Source: a virus. From it: DNA of 64,000 bases. The notes under the pieces were generated by a model. That model worked only from the letters and a program-made list of their open reading frames with translations. It was not told the DNA's origin and made no database searches. This document shows, one piece after another, positions 47,803-55,039 of this stretch. The DNA is taken from positions 32,444 to 96,443 of the IMG/VR virus record IMGVR_UViG_3300049893_001613, one strand, 5' to 3'. Numbering within the stretch: the stretch's first letter is position 1; every line of letters starts with the position of its first letter. The position numbers and the translations under genes were made by a program.

Positions 47803-47835
47803 CAAATATACTATTTTTTGCGGGAATTACCACCA
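47803..47835 (-). promoter_or_regulatory. Bacteroidota -7 promoter box upstream of the HNH gene
   Basis: TATATTTG on the - strand at 47810-47803 is an exact TAnnTTTG match, 18 nt upstream of the ATG. Confidence 0.55.
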
Positions 47836-47852
47836 TGAGTAGAAGATTTATT

Positions 47853-48749
47853 TTACCAGAACATATTTAATTGTTTAACAAAAGTTGAATCTTTGATATC
47901 TTGTACAGAATTAGTACAGAAGATTCCATCATAGTATTCTTCCAGCTCCCCTAAACCTTTAGAGAATATACCGTGAGTTACAATAAGATAAAGTTTACCC
48001 TGCACATCGAATCTACCTGTATGGCGTTTCATTTGTCCGTTTAAGATTTTACCCAATTCTACAAAGGTGTAACCACCATCACAGATGTCATCTACTACAA
48101 TCATATCCTTTCCAGCTGAGTTACCATTATAAGGAACTTCTGTAGACAGGATCTTACCCGTAGCAACATCACGATGTTTACTTGCAAATACAATATCTCT
48201 TTTGTAGTTAATGTCAATAGCAAGCTTGTACATCTTCTTTATAGCTCCTGCATCAGGAGATACAAGCATAAAATCTTCCACTTCTTCAATATCCTTACCA
48301 TAGATTTGCTGTCCAGCGTAATCCAGTAACAATGTGTTGTCAAGGATATAAAGGTTATTAATACAAGCAGCTGTGACGTCAGAGTGTGGGTCCATCACTA
48401 CTACTCTGGATAGTTCCAGAGAGTTAATAACCGGAGCTACTACTTCAGCAAGATAATTTGTTCCACCTTTATGGAATCTTCTGTCTGACCTGGCTCCAAG
48501 TAGATAAGGAACAAACAACTGAATGTGTTCTATTCCCATTGCACGCAGTGCTTTTACAGCACATACAATGATTTCAAGATGAGCCCAGGAATTGAACCTG
48601 GCTTGTACATTTACATGATCTGTGATAGGATTAATAGGATCTGTAAATGGAGTTGTGTCTAGTACAATATCATGCTGCCCGTCAGGGAAGTGTGTGATTC
48701 TGTACTTAATGTCTGATTTGTCTAAATAAACGAGGTTAAGTGTTTTCAT
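47853..48749 (-). CDS. prs: ribose-phosphate pyrophosphokinase family enzyme (probable NARP1 ADPR-PP synthetase, Adps)
   Basis: FPDGQ, PYLLGARSDR, DPHS, VSPDAGA, KHRD, VVDDICDGGYTF, VTHGIFS motifs. Confidence 0.88.
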   Translation of the reverse strand: MKTLNLVYLDKSDIKYRITHFPDGQHDIVLDTTPFTDPINPITDHVNVQARFNSWAHLEIIVCAVKALRAMGIEHIQLFVPYLLGARSDRRFHKGGTNYLAEVVAPVINSLELSRVVVMDPHSDVTAACINNLYILDNTLLLDYAGQQIYGKDIEEVEDFMLVSPDAGAIKKMYKLAIDINYKRDIVFASKHRDVATGKILSTEVPYNGNSAGKDMIVVDDICDGGYTFVELGKILNGQMKRHTGRFDVQGKLYLIVTHGIFSKGLGELEEYYDGIFCTNSVQDIKDSTFVKQLNMFW

Positions 48750-49120
48750 AGTTTTTTAAAAAGGTTGATTATTCTTTCAGTTCCTACTGGATTCATTGAA
48801 TGCACAAACATAATTGGGAAAGGTATATTATTTTCAATGTAATAATCTTTCATCCATTTAGCACAATCGTAACCAGTCTTTTCCTGGTATACAAATCCTT
48901 CCGTCCAGGTAGTAGGGTCATAATGAATATCCGCTAAATCATGGTCAAAAGAGATATGAGTTATATCTTTGTGGAACACATGAATTATATCCTGAAAGTC
49001 CGGAAAGTTACGTACTACATGCCATTCTTCTAAGTAGATAGGATTTAAAGCACCTATTCGCTTATGCATGTAACTAACACATTCGCTAGGATTACGTACA
49101 TCATCTAAAAATATCTTCAT
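48746..49120 (-). CDS. cyclic-phosphate-processing receiver-like domain protein
   Basis: Likely start MKIFLDDVR at 49120. ISFDHDL, KTGYDCAKW and VHSMNPVG motifs. Confidence 0.8.
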   Translation of the reverse strand: MKIFLDDVRNPSECVSYMHKRIGALNPIYLEEWHVVRNFPDFQDIIHVFHKDITHISFDHDLADIHYDPTTWTEGFVYQEKTGYDCAKWMKDYYIENNIPFPIMFVHSMNPVGTERIINLFKKL

Positions 49121-49138
49121 AGTTTTTTTTTTAAAATA

Positions 49139-49240
49139 AAGCCGTTGCAGTTCGTCACGCTGCATTCCCCGAGGGGTTCTTTTATATCGACAGGAAAAAG
49201 TTATGAGGAAAAACCTGAAGGACTTTGAATTAGACGGCTT
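49139..49240 (-). ncRNA. candidate structured RNA leader (multi-branch)
   Basis: Closing helix AAGCCGT/ACGGCTT encloses hairpins CAGG/CCTG, CCC(CTCG)GGG and TGCAG/CTGCA. GC-richer than its surroundings and intergenic. Confidence 0.4.
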
Positions 49241-49244
49241 AATG

Positions 49245-49406
49245 TCATGCAATAAATATCTCCAGTTCAGCTCGTCTCAACTTCTCCTCAAGAAGTATAA
49301 GCCAGCCTTTTCTGGAATAAAGTAAGAAATAGTCTAACAGTTCATCCAACCGTTTGTTGGAAACCTGTCCTTTGTAATAATGAATGTATTTGATGCGATC
49401 TTCCAT
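49245..49406 (-). CDS. 53-aa hypothetical protein (not in ORF track)
   Basis: MEDRIKYIHYYKGQVSNKRLDELLDYFLLYSRKGWLILLEEKLRRAELEIFIA*, with an AT-rich leader. Confidence 0.55.
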   Translation of the reverse strand: MEDRIKYIHYYKGQVSNKRLDELLDYFLLYSRKGWLILLEEKLRRAELEIFIA

Positions 49407-49409
49407 ATT

Positions 49410-49436
49410 AAAAGCAAAAAGGGGCCGAAGCCCCTT
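49410..49436 (-). terminator. Rho-independent terminator
   Basis: AAGGGGC-TTCG-GCCCCTT followed by TTTGCTTTT on the - strand. Confidence 0.85.
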
Positions 49437-49619
49437 GTTAAGTTTAAGAAATTAGGGATTGAATAGCTATTATGACCGGCTTATACAGAGAGCGGTTTTA
49501 TCCTCTCCACTTTAACACTAGCATTAACAATCAACCACATGTACTGACCGGACCACAAGGGCGAGGTACTGACAACTGGTTTCAAAATTTCTATACAGCA
49601 AAACTTAAAAAACGCTGAG

Positions 49620-49707
49620 TGGTAAGAGTAGGATTTGAACCTACACGTATTTCTACATCCATGCCCGAGGTCTTATAGGACGAGGCTGCCAGTTTCTCCA
49701 TCTTACC
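49620..49707 (-). tRNA. tRNA-like element with a Leu-type body and a non-canonical 23-nt anticodon arm
   Basis: Acceptor GGTAAGA/TCTTACC+A, D arm GAG-AAACTGGCAGC-CTC, variable arm TGTA-GAAA-TACG, T arm GTAGG-TTCAAAT-CCTAC. The anticodon region does not form a 5 bp + 7 nt arm. Confidence 0.6.
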
Positions 49708-49712
49708 ATACC

Positions 49713-49789
49713 TTGAGGACCGGCAGACTCGAACTGCCTCGCAAGCTGATCAGTGCTTACTTTAGTCCGTGCCCTGCCGGGCTTCCTCA
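49713..49789 (-). ncRNA. second tRNA-like element (perfect T arm, abnormal D/anticodon region)
   Basis: TGAGGA/TCCTCA+A acceptor-like stem, GCCC-GGCA-GGGC hairpin, GTAAGC-ACTGATCA-GCTTGC hairpin, T arm GGCAG-TTCGAGT-CTGCC. Confidence 0.5.
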
Positions 49790-50301
49790 GTGTAATAAAC
49801 CCTTTCTTGTGTATGAGGGTTAAACCAATAGGTTTGTTTATCTTTAGGTGTGCTGCCAGCAATGTATTCCAACTGCTTGGTAACCCACCCTCTTGTTCTT
49901 TTTAACTCTTCCGCGATTTCACTGTTCTTAAAACCCTCTTTACGCATTTGAAGAATGAGTGCCGTTGAATCAGGACTTGATAGAATAAGCTTATTCATCT
50001 TTTCTTCAAGTTCTTTTCCAATGAACTCATCTTCAGGCGTAATAGGATAAGATTGCTCAATCTGTTCAACAAATGTACGGTATCCTTGTGATTCTTTATT
50101 ATAATACCACTCTTGCGAATGCAGCCAAGCCTTAAATTGAAATTTTATGACATTAGTGATTCGACCTTGTGGTTCATCAAACAAATCCTTACCGGTTTTA
50201 TCAAACCAGGTTATATAAGCATCGTGAACAAGATCAATCGGGTCAACAAATTTTAATTTGTAGGCAAAACGCTTCGCTTGAGCGTACTTTTTAATGTCCA
50301 T
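49762..50301 (-). CDS. ECF/sigma-70-like transcription factor
   Basis: Region-2-like DPIDLVHDAYITW; region-4 HTH LILQMRKEGFKNSEIAEELKRTRGWV. Confidence 0.65.
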   Translation of the reverse strand: MDIKKYAQAKRFAYKLKFVDPIDLVHDAYITWFDKTGKDLFDEPQGRITNVIKFQFKAWLHSQEWYYNKESQGYRTFVEQIEQSYPITPEDEFIGKELEEKMNKLILSSPDSTALILQMRKEGFKNSEIAEELKRTRGWVTKQLEYIAGSTPKDKQTYWFNPHTQERVYYTEEARQGTD

Positions 50302-50548
50302 CAGATAGTACTCTGCCGTGATTGATTTGTGTTTTCTTTTTGTAATTCAGATACGGCTTCTCGAGTTGTACAATGATATGCTTTCCTTCAATAATAAAAA
50401 ACTTTACAAATTCGTTATCATCTTCAAGGTTTCTTAGCAAAAATTCTAATTCGAAATAACCGCGTGTTCGGGCTTCTTTTTCAGTGATAACTTCATCCAC
50501 TGGCGCACCCGTGATTGGGTTACGCAATACTATTACTTCTTCACTCAT
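50291..50548 (-). CDS. hypothetical protein
   Basis: 85-aa ORF in the operon. Confidence 0.55.
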   Translation of the reverse strand: MSEEVIVLRNPITGAPVDEVITEKEARTRGYFELEFLLRNLEDDNEFVKFFIIEGKHIIVQLEKPYLNYKKKTQINHGRVLSDGH

Positions 50549-50551
50549 TAC

Positions 50552-51076
50552 TTAGTAGGTCAATTGTGTTGACAGGTTTAACTCGTAGAAATTGTCGTCT
50601 CCTGGAATACTTGCTAGTTCAGCATCATCACTGAGCTTTACTACCAATGTATCTTCCCAGTATTTCTTTAATTGTTTGTCTTTATCTAAAGCTAGCAACT
50701 CAAGTGCAGAACGATATCCTCCTCCAGGCACCGGAACTTTATAAGTCAACCCTGATTTCTTACGTATAAGATTCTTGGCTGAGTCTGTAAATTGAGAATA
50801 CTTTCCTTGTCTGAATTTTTCGACATCTTCTCTGTAATAAACAGGGATTTCGAATACAGCAAGAAAAGCACCTTCAGTTTCCATACTGAATTTAAAGTTT
50901 GCGTGATTTGTGATAATAGCACTAAAGGGATGAGTACACTCTACAACAATGTACTTGTTATCCTCATTAATGTAACTGTTCACAAATTTGTCCGGTGACC
51001 CAAAGCTCCACTTGTTTAAGCCGAGCAGGGGTAGCATATACGTACTACATAAGTTGACACTTCTCTTATCTTCCAT
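50552..51076 (-). CDS. conserved crAss-like hypothetical protein
   Basis: Likely start MEDKRSV at 51076. YMLPLLG, FVNSY, F..GKYS and L...AEL.SIP motifs. Confidence 0.6.
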   Translation of the reverse strand: MEDKRSVNLCSTYMLPLLGLNKWSFGSPDKFVNSYINEDNKYIVVECTHPFSAIITNHANFKFSMETEGAFLAVFEIPVYYREDVEKFRQGKYSQFTDSAKNLIRKKSGLTYKVPVPGGGYRSALELLALDKDKQLKKYWEDTLVVKLSDDAELASIPGDDNFYELNLSTQLTY

Positions 51077-51159
51077 AAATGTTGCATTTTGAGAAGTGGT
51101 AAAGATCGTCAATTTTAAGTATACGACAAAACGATTCTAAGTATTAAGTTTTGATGTGG

Positions 51160-51915
51160 TTAAAATTCCACTGATTTGGGGGTTTTTATGAATTCTGGAA
51201 CGCTATTAACGCTAAACTGAAAGTAAGGGTTCACCTTAAGTACAATTTTTATTACGTTTTCTGCAAAATCCAGGTACCCCATGTTGAAATTATTGTGAAA
51301 CTTGAGATAAGCGTCTAGAACCGCGTGTGGCTGTTCCTTCGTAGGGTCCTCCAGGATCGATTTAGCTTTAACTGGACCAACCCCTGGGATTCCTTTAATG
51401 TTATCTGTAGAGTCTCCTGTAAGCGTCTGAGTAAGTACAAAAGTACGGGCTTCTAGCGGACTTACAACCTTGGATTCCTTGGTTTTAGGGTTATAGTGGT
51501 GACCTGGTATTTGACCAAAGTCCTTGTCTCCTGAACAGATTACAGGAACTTCTCCCTTACCGGATAGAATATGAACAGCAGAAGCAATAGCGTCATCTGT
51601 TTCTATTCCATTAGCGTACTCGAACTTCCAGTTGTTTATCAGATGATACTCAAGGTCTTTCTGCCATCTGGTAAACCAGTCTGGTTTAGGTGGTCGGTTT
51701 CCTTTGTAATCTGCAAATAACCGGTGCCTGTGACTCTTCTGTGGACCTTCAATAAACCCGCAATAACCATCAGCTTTAGTATTTGCCAGAATCTCCGTTA
51801 TCATGTTATCTACATTCAGTAACATGTTATCTCCGGTGGCTTCATCCTTGTTATAGTATGAAGCAACCCAGAGTAACGGATCTCCATCAATTATCGCTAT
51901 CGTCTTCGAAGTCAT
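51160..51915 (-). CDS. 5'-3' exonuclease (FEN/T7 gp6-like)
   Basis: IIDGD, YKGNR, ETDD, SGDKD, and H3TH motif LTGDSTDNIKGIPGVGPVKA. Confidence 0.9.
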   Translation of the reverse strand: MTSKTIAIIDGDPLLWVASYYNKDEATGDNMLLNVDNMITEILANTKADGYCGFIEGPQKSHRHRLFADYKGNRPPKPDWFTRWQKDLEYHLINNWKFEYANGIETDDAIASAVHILSGKGEVPVICSGDKDFGQIPGHHYNPKTKESKVVSPLEARTFVLTQTLTGDSTDNIKGIPGVGPVKAKSILEDPTKEQPHAVLDAYLKFHNNFNMGYLDFAENVIKIVLKVNPYFQFSVNSVPEFIKTPKSVEF

Positions 51916-52075
51916 CTAGTGGGTCTTCTAAATTACCTGCATAGTTCACTTCTCTGACAAATACATCAGCAACCTTTAATGGTCCTAATGCTTTTTCGAG
52001 CTGTGATTGAACTTTGGTTGAATCCACATTATCGTCTGTGATAACCTGGATTTCTGCTTGATATAATCGTGCCAT
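51887..52075 (-). CDS. small hypothetical protein with an acidic tail
   Basis: 62-aa ORF filling the gap between MazG and the exonuclease. Confidence 0.5.
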   Translation of the reverse strand: MARLYQAEIQVITDDNVDSTKVQSQLEKALGPLKVADVFVREVNYAGNLEDPLDDFEDDSDN

Positions 52076-52076
52076 A

Positions 52077-52403
52077 TTAGCGGTTGTCTCCTGAGCCTTG
52101 GATTACTCCTCTTTCTCTTCTGGATGTTAGTTTATCAATATTTCGTTTTGCAATTTCATCGAGTGTAAATCCAAGATCATCAGCAAGTGCTGCACAATAC
52201 CAGAGAACGTCACCAATCTCGTCTGCTATGTTATTAACAGCTTCACCGGTAAACTCTCCTCCATTATCACGTAGTACTTTCTTTATCTTTCCCTGAACTT
52301 CTCCTGCTTCATTGCCTAAACCAAGTGCCGGGTATATGATTTTAGAACCATATCCGTACACTTTGTTTTTCATTGCTTCTTTCTGATAGTCGTTAAACTC
52401 CAT
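52077..52403 (-). CDS. mazG: MazG-like NTP pyrophosphohydrolase
   Basis: LGLGNEAGEV..K.KK, DEIGDVLWY, N..KL..R..RG...GSGDNR motifs. Confidence 0.9.
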   Translation of the reverse strand: MEFNDYQKEAMKNKVYGYGSKIIYPALGLGNEAGEVQGKIKKVLRDNGGEFTGEAVNNIADEIGDVLWYCAALADDLGFTLDEIAKRNIDKLTSRRERGVIQGSGDNR

Positions 52404-53115
52404 TTAATTTCCAATTTATTTCGGGTAACCCCTTTCTGTAAAAGTAGTAATTTATTTTCGAAAAATGATTACAACCACTGAATTTATCTTTTCCATGAGC
52501 TCCTGACGCTGGGTGTCCGGATAGGAATACAGGATGATCAAATCCAGGTTCGTCAACTTTTAGACAAGCAGTTTGAAATGCTGTTTCAGCAGCTTTTCCC
52601 CAAGCTGTAAACACAACTGGTGTGCTTTTCTTCAATATAAGCTGTAAAATCTTCCCTGTAAACTGATGCCATCCTATCCAGTCATGAGATCCGGGCTGAC
52701 CAGCCTGCACTGTAAGTGAAGGATTAAGGAGTAATACTCCCTGTTTGGCCCAAGAATCAAGCTTGTTAGTTGGAAAAGCTTGTTTATATTCTTCCTGGTT
52801 TGTTGTTTTAATCACATCTCTGTCAACTTCTCTGAGTATAAACCTAAGAGATGCAGGAGTATCCTCCTGGCTTGAACTGAATGCCAGCCCATCTGCATGG
52901 TATCCAAACGGGTAAGGGTCCTGACCTATCATAACTACTCGCGTATCTTCATAGCTTGTAAGCAGAAGAGCACGGAATATGTTACTTGGAGCCGGTCTCA
53001 CTGCGAACAGCTGGTACTCTCGTCTTAGATCGTCTTTTAGTTTCTGGAAGTACGGTTGTTCCATCTCCTCCTTCAGGAGGTTGTACCAACTGCTTCCCAT
53101 CATTTCTTGATTCAT
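52393..53115 (-). CDS. ung: uracil-DNA glycosylase, family 1
   Basis: GQDPY, GLAFS, WAKQGVLLLN..LTV, HP motifs. Confidence 0.93.
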   Translation of the reverse strand: MNQEMMGSSWYNLLKEEMEQPYFQKLKDDLRREYQLFAVRPAPSNIFRALLLTSYEDTRVVMIGQDPYPFGYHADGLAFSSSQEDTPASLRFILREVDRDVIKTTNQEEYKQAFPTNKLDSWAKQGVLLLNPSLTVQAGQPGSHDWIGWHQFTGKILQLILKKSTPVVFTAWGKAAETAFQTACLKVDEPGFDHPVFLSGHPASGAHGKDKFSGCNHFSKINYYFYRKGLPEINWKLNGV

Positions 53116-53491
53116 ATTCTTTCAGCTTTTTGATTATAGCGTAGAAATCTTCCAGATACATGATTGCGAAGTTATCAACCGTTACAAACCTGTTACCAGC
53201 TTTCTCAGTCTGTTTGTGAAATATCACATTTACAGAACCAGTTCCATCAGGTAGTTCAGCAAGTACTTTACCATACTTCAAATGACCAGTAGTACACTTG
53301 GCCTGAATGTTATAAGGCAGTCTTCCGTTAAGAAGTTCATTCTTGTTGATAATATCAATCTTCTGATCATCTCTCGACTTAGACTCACTCCTCGAGGTAC
53401 ATACATGTGTAAAACCAAGAGACTGAAGATCTTTTACAATCTCCCGTTCCCAGTTATGACCTGCAGTCCTGTTTCGTTTTCCATTGGTCAT
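52982..53491 (-). CDS. PD-(D/E)XK Holliday junction resolvase-like nuclease
   Basis: N...G..WER.I...L, SR.ES...DD.KID, NIQAK motifs. Confidence 0.75.
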   Translation of the reverse strand: MTNGKRNRTAGHNWEREIVKDLQSLGFTHVCTSRSESKSRDDQKIDIINKNELLNGRLPYNIQAKCTTGHLKYGKVLAELPDGTGSVNVIFHKQTEKAGNRFVTVDNFAIMYLEDFYAIIKKLKEYESRNDGKQLVQPPEGGDGTTVLPETKRRSKTRVPAVRSETGSK

Positions 53492-54294
53492 CCAGTACAG
53501 AATTCAGTTTGCAATTCCAGAGCCCTGTCAAGAATCTTTGACACGTTGACTCCTGTTAGTACAGGTTTTTCTCCTATAACATAAGACCTCATTTGAGACA
53601 TTTCCAGATATTCATGTACAAGTCCCTGTTGACTTATAAGAGGGTCAAGAAGATTTCGGGTTATTCTTGCAATCAACATAGAACCATGTTGACCGAACGT
53701 GAACACTTTAGCTCCATTAAGAGGTAACTTAAATGGCACTTTTAAATGTTGAGCTGCCCGTATCATAGGAATATGTTTGGCTTTGACAACTATAAGCAAG
53801 TTCGGGTTGAAACAATTTGCAAAGTTTGTCATATGAACCATGGTACCTGATTCAGGATACTCACTGGTTTTAAGCAATGCGTATGTATCCGGTACAGATC
53901 TGTGAGTGTTCATAATTAGTCCAGGTAATACAAAATAATTGTGTCCCTGATGAGATGCAATATTAACAGCAGAGCCAGTAAAAGCAGCTGTAGCCATTTC
54001 AGTATTATCCCCTCCTCCATTATTGAACATAACTTTACTCAGTGGTACAGGTATGGAATAATGATCAGGGTAACTTAAATTGAACATGGATAGCAGTTCT
54101 GCTTTAAACTCTGCTTTTGTTAAGCACCTGCTTGATCCATGATGCCAGTGTAGCTTGTATCTGGCAGTCCACGGTAGATAATCTTTAAAAGGACTATCAT
54201 ACGCAACAAACAAAGGTACAAACTGCTCAGGGCTCTCTATATGAACTGGAGGTAAGCGGACAAAGCCGCTCCTCTCATCATAGTTCGACAACAT
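53488..54294 (-). CDS. hypothetical protein, last gene of the ubiquitin-like cassette
   Basis: 268 aa; start overlaps the E1 stop by 17 nt; no recognisable motif. Confidence 0.6.
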   Translation of the reverse strand: MLSNYDERSGFVRLPPVHIESPEQFVPLFVAYDSPFKDYLPWTARYKLHWHHGSSRCLTKAEFKAELLSMFNLSYPDHYSIPVPLSKVMFNNGGGDNTEMATAAFTGSAVNIASHQGHNYFVLPGLIMNTHRSVPDTYALLKTSEYPESGTMVHMTNFANCFNPNLLIVVKAKHIPMIRAAQHLKVPFKLPLNGAKVFTFGQHGSMLIARITRNLLDPLISQQGLVHEYLEMSQMRSYVIGEKPVLTGVNVSKILDRALELQTEFCTG

Positions 54295-55039
54295 CTGGTT
54301 CAGGTTTTAATTTGTAAGCAGGCTGTTCAAGCAACATTAACTGTAAATGAAATTCAAAATTACCTGTTTCCCTCGGCATTGCGTCAGGAGTCTGGTCATT
54401 AAACCAGTTGGTAATCTGAGCTGTCATCATAGAACCAATGAAGGCTCCACAGTGTGTTGTTGCTTTCATTGAACAGGGTAAGTCAATCCTCTCATCATCA
54501 GAAAAGTAAGTCTGCTCGTAAGCTTTGAAGTCTTCTGCTGGACTGGTTTTCCACAATGTGAACACCTGCCCGCTTTCTGCAGTTAATCGTCCGTCAACAA
54601 AGAATGACTGTGCTTTTCCATTAGCTTTCCATTCTTCATAAACCATTCGTCTTGCTTTCAGATTATCAAATCCTACACACACAACATCACATGAACGGAC
54701 AATACTTTTCCATTGACTTGTTTCTTCACTTATAGTACTGTTCATAGGAGTAAGAGTATTTGCTTTAAGTCCGCATAACCTGGTTATAACATCACTTAAT
54801 GCATCTACTTTAGCTTTACCTACATCTTCGACACCATAACACTGACCTGCAAGGTTTAATTCTTCGACTGTATCAAAATCAAGAACGTATACATTTGCTC
54901 CGGTACGCACAAGGAACAGACTCAGCCATGAGCCTATTCCTCCTGCACCACCTACAAATATTCTTGATTGAGACATCTTATCGAACCATGTAAGACCCTT
55001 GAAGCGTCCGTAATTTGTAATATTCTGTTTTGAGTTCAT
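54278..55039 (-). CDS. E1-like/ThiF-family ubiquitin-activating (adenylating) enzyme
   Basis: VGGAGGIGSW, DFDTVEELNLAGQ, K.K, GFDN..AR and DGRL motifs; candidate thioester Cys189 in DLPCSMK. Confidence 0.88.
   Translation of the reverse strand: MNSKQNITNYGRFKGLTWFDKMSQSRIFVGGAGGIGSWLSLFLVRTGANVYVLDFDTVEELNLAGQCYGVEDVGKAKVDALSDVITRLCGLKANTLTPMNSTISEETSQWKSIVRSCDVVCVGFDNLKARRMVYEEWKANGKAQSFFVDGRLTAESGQVFTLWKTSPAEDFKAYEQTYFSDDERIDLPCSMKATTHCGAFIGSMMTAQITNWFNDQTPDAMPRETGNFEFHLQLMLLEQPAYKLKPEPDVVEL

Noticed and set aside
49121-49252. 44-aa N-terminal extension of the receiver-domain ORF
   Set aside because: The family motif begins at MKIFLDD (49120) after an A-rich leader; the extension coincides with a structured non-coding segment.
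49713-49789. Amber suppressor tRNA (CTA within GGACTAAAG)
   Set aside because: The CTA is not in a 7-nt loop closed by a 5-bp stem with U33, and there is no sign of recoding.
49635-49862. ORFs 49635..49823 (+) and 49653..49862 (-)
   Set aside because: They overlap the tRNA-like elements and the sigma-like gene, have non-ATG starts and lack protein-like features.
54278-55039. ThiF/MoeB for thiamine or molybdopterin synthesis
   Set aside because: No ThiG, ThiS-GG, MoaE, rhodanese or cysteine desulfurase partners are in the window; the neighbours are JAB and E2-like genes.
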